Shown: positions 41,340 through 42,124 of the stretch, in pieces | Layout: each line of letters begins with the position of its first letter | Position numbering within the stretch: position 1 is the first letter of the stretch | From: an uncultured Phycisphaera sp. | Lineage (GTDB): Bacteria; Planctomycetota; Phycisphaerae; Phycisphaerales; UBA1924 | DNA length: 42,124 nt | Reading direction: 5' to 3' | Assembly (NCBI GenBank): GCA_963977205.1 | Contig: CAXBOF010000001.1 | Coordinates: 1 to 42,124 of the forward strand | The notes under the pieces: generated by a model | Databases searched by the model: none | The model's input: only the letters and a program-made list of their open reading frames with translations | Told to the model about the DNA's origin: nothing | Translations under genes and position numbers: made by a program

Positions 41340-42124
41340 ATGTCTGCCAGCCGAGACCCCCGATACGAATTGGATGAGTTAACAGCTCGTCTGGAAGCTT
41401 TAGATCAAGAACTCTCGGAGAGGGTGAAAGAAAGCGGTCGGCTCGAAGCTAGCAATTTTCAGTTGACGCAAAGGCTCGAGCGTGCAAAGGAAGAACTCGC
41501 ACGCAGTAGCCCAGGTCAGGCTGCAGCCCTTCAAGAGGTTCTAGACGATGAAGTCAAAAAACAAGCCGATCTCAGAGACAAGAACGATCGCCTTGCAGCG
41601 AAACTTGCAGAGCTCACAGAGGGTACAAAAACTCTCGCGGCTGAGCTGGAAGCGGCACAGGCCGAGGTAAAGCAGAAAAGTGAGGAAGCGGGAAGATTGG
41701 AAGCCGAATTGGAGCAAACTCGAGCCGCTCTCACTGCCCAACAGACCCTGAGCAAAGAACAAGCCACGCGCATCCAAGAGGTTGCAGCCGAAGCCGAGGC
41801 GGCACGGGCCCTGACAAATGAGAAAAGTGAGGCCGCGGGAACACTCCAGGCCCGTCTAGACGAGGCTCAAGCCGCTCTCACTGCCCAACAGAACCTGAAC
41901 GAAACACAAGCCAGAGGCATCCGAGACCTCGAAGAGAGCCTCGGGGAGGCTACAGCCGGAGCCGAGGCGGCACAGGCCGTGGCAAATGAGAAAAGTGAGG
42001 CCGCGGGAACGCTCCAAGCCCGTCTAGACGAGGCTCAAGTCGCTCTCACTGACCAACAGAACCTGAACGAAACACAAGCCAGGGGCATCCGAGACCTCGA
42101 AGATAGCCTCGGGGAGGCTACAGC
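41340..42124 (+). CDS. Coiled-coil protein with 56-aa tandem repeats, 3'-partial (runs off window)
   Basis: ATG lies 35 nt after TATATG 41299..41304, and the frame is open to the window end (absent from the ORF track because there is no stop). The sequence is heptad-like and Glu/Ala/Gln/Leu-rich. Codons are noticeably more A/T-ending than in the rest of the window. Confidence 0.8.
   Translation, partial: MSASRDPRYELDELTARLEALDQELSERVKESGRLEASNFQLTQRLERAKEELARSSPGQAAALQEVLDDEVKKQADLRDKNDRLAAKLAELTEGTKTLAAELEAAQAEVKQKSEEAGRLEAELEQTRAALTAQQTLSKEQATRIQEVAAEAEAARALTNEKSEAAGTLQARLDEAQAALTAQQNLNETQARGIRDLEESLGEATAGAEAAQAVANEKSEAAGTLQARLDEAQVALTDQQNLNETQARGIRDLEDSLGEAT
41625..42124 (+). repeat. 168-nt (56-aa) tandem coding repeat, about 3 units
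   Basis: Units starting at 41793 and 41961 are near-identical (...NEKSEAAGTLQARLDEAQ.ALT.QQNLNETQARGIRDLE.SLGEATA). The preceding unit from about 41625 is diverged. The third unit is cut by the window end. Confidence 0.85.

Noticed and set aside
1-42124. Prophage or bacterial reading (tail-collar, portal-like, helicases, ATGA overlaps, high GC) and a Pandoravirus/Mollivirus-type reading (high GC, ankyrin, F-box-like, introns)
   Set aside because: The bacterial reading is excluded by pervasive GT..AG introns, TATA boxes, and the histone-fold, ankyrin, C2H2, U-box and kinase genes. The pandoravirus-like reading is not favoured because portal-like and assemblin-like genes and a heliorhodopsin are not part of that repertoire as I know it. 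I cannot exclude it without searches.

Overview
GC-rich 42.1-kb segment (well above 60% G+C by eye, strong GC3 bias), almost entirely protein-coding on both strands. The gene structure is eukaryotic: ATG starts, TATA boxes about 26-36 nt upstream of many start codons, and about 39 very short GT..AG introns, mostly 48-61 nt. The introns share a GTGCG or GTCSG donor and a CTGAC/CTCAC branch-like motif 8-16 nt before a YAG acceptor. I located them where the coding signal (GC3, recognisable motifs) changes frame at exactly such elements. Splicing restores conserved motifs: the heliorhodopsin TM7 lysine, the tail-collar ETRP end and the SF1 helicase C-terminal motifs. I model about 37 genes:
- Replication and nucleic-acid genes: D5-like SF3 primase-helicase, Pif1/RecD-like SF1 helicase, histone-fold protein, VRR-NUC-like nuclease.
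- Candidate morphogenesis genes: a portal-like protein and an assemblin-like protease-scaffold protein.
- Signalling and other domains: heliorhodopsin, protein kinase, U-box/RING protein, C2H2 zinc finger, ankyrin protein.
- Membrane and surface proteins: a membrane-anchored phage tail-collar protein and several glycoproteins, including a 13-exon, roughly 2250-aa type I glycoprotein.
- A tandem-repeat coiled-coil protein that runs off the right edge.
I saw no rRNA, tRNA, CRISPR array or transposase. My best reading is part of a large nuclear dsDNA virus, or its endogenous or episomal copy in a GC-rich protist. It mixes herpes/phage-type morphogenesis genes with giant-virus-type informational genes, as described for mirusviruses. 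That assignment rests on motifs I recognise from memory, not on any search. Most long ORFs in the supplied track are GC-driven shadow ORFs, and several of its M starts are non-ATG codons.
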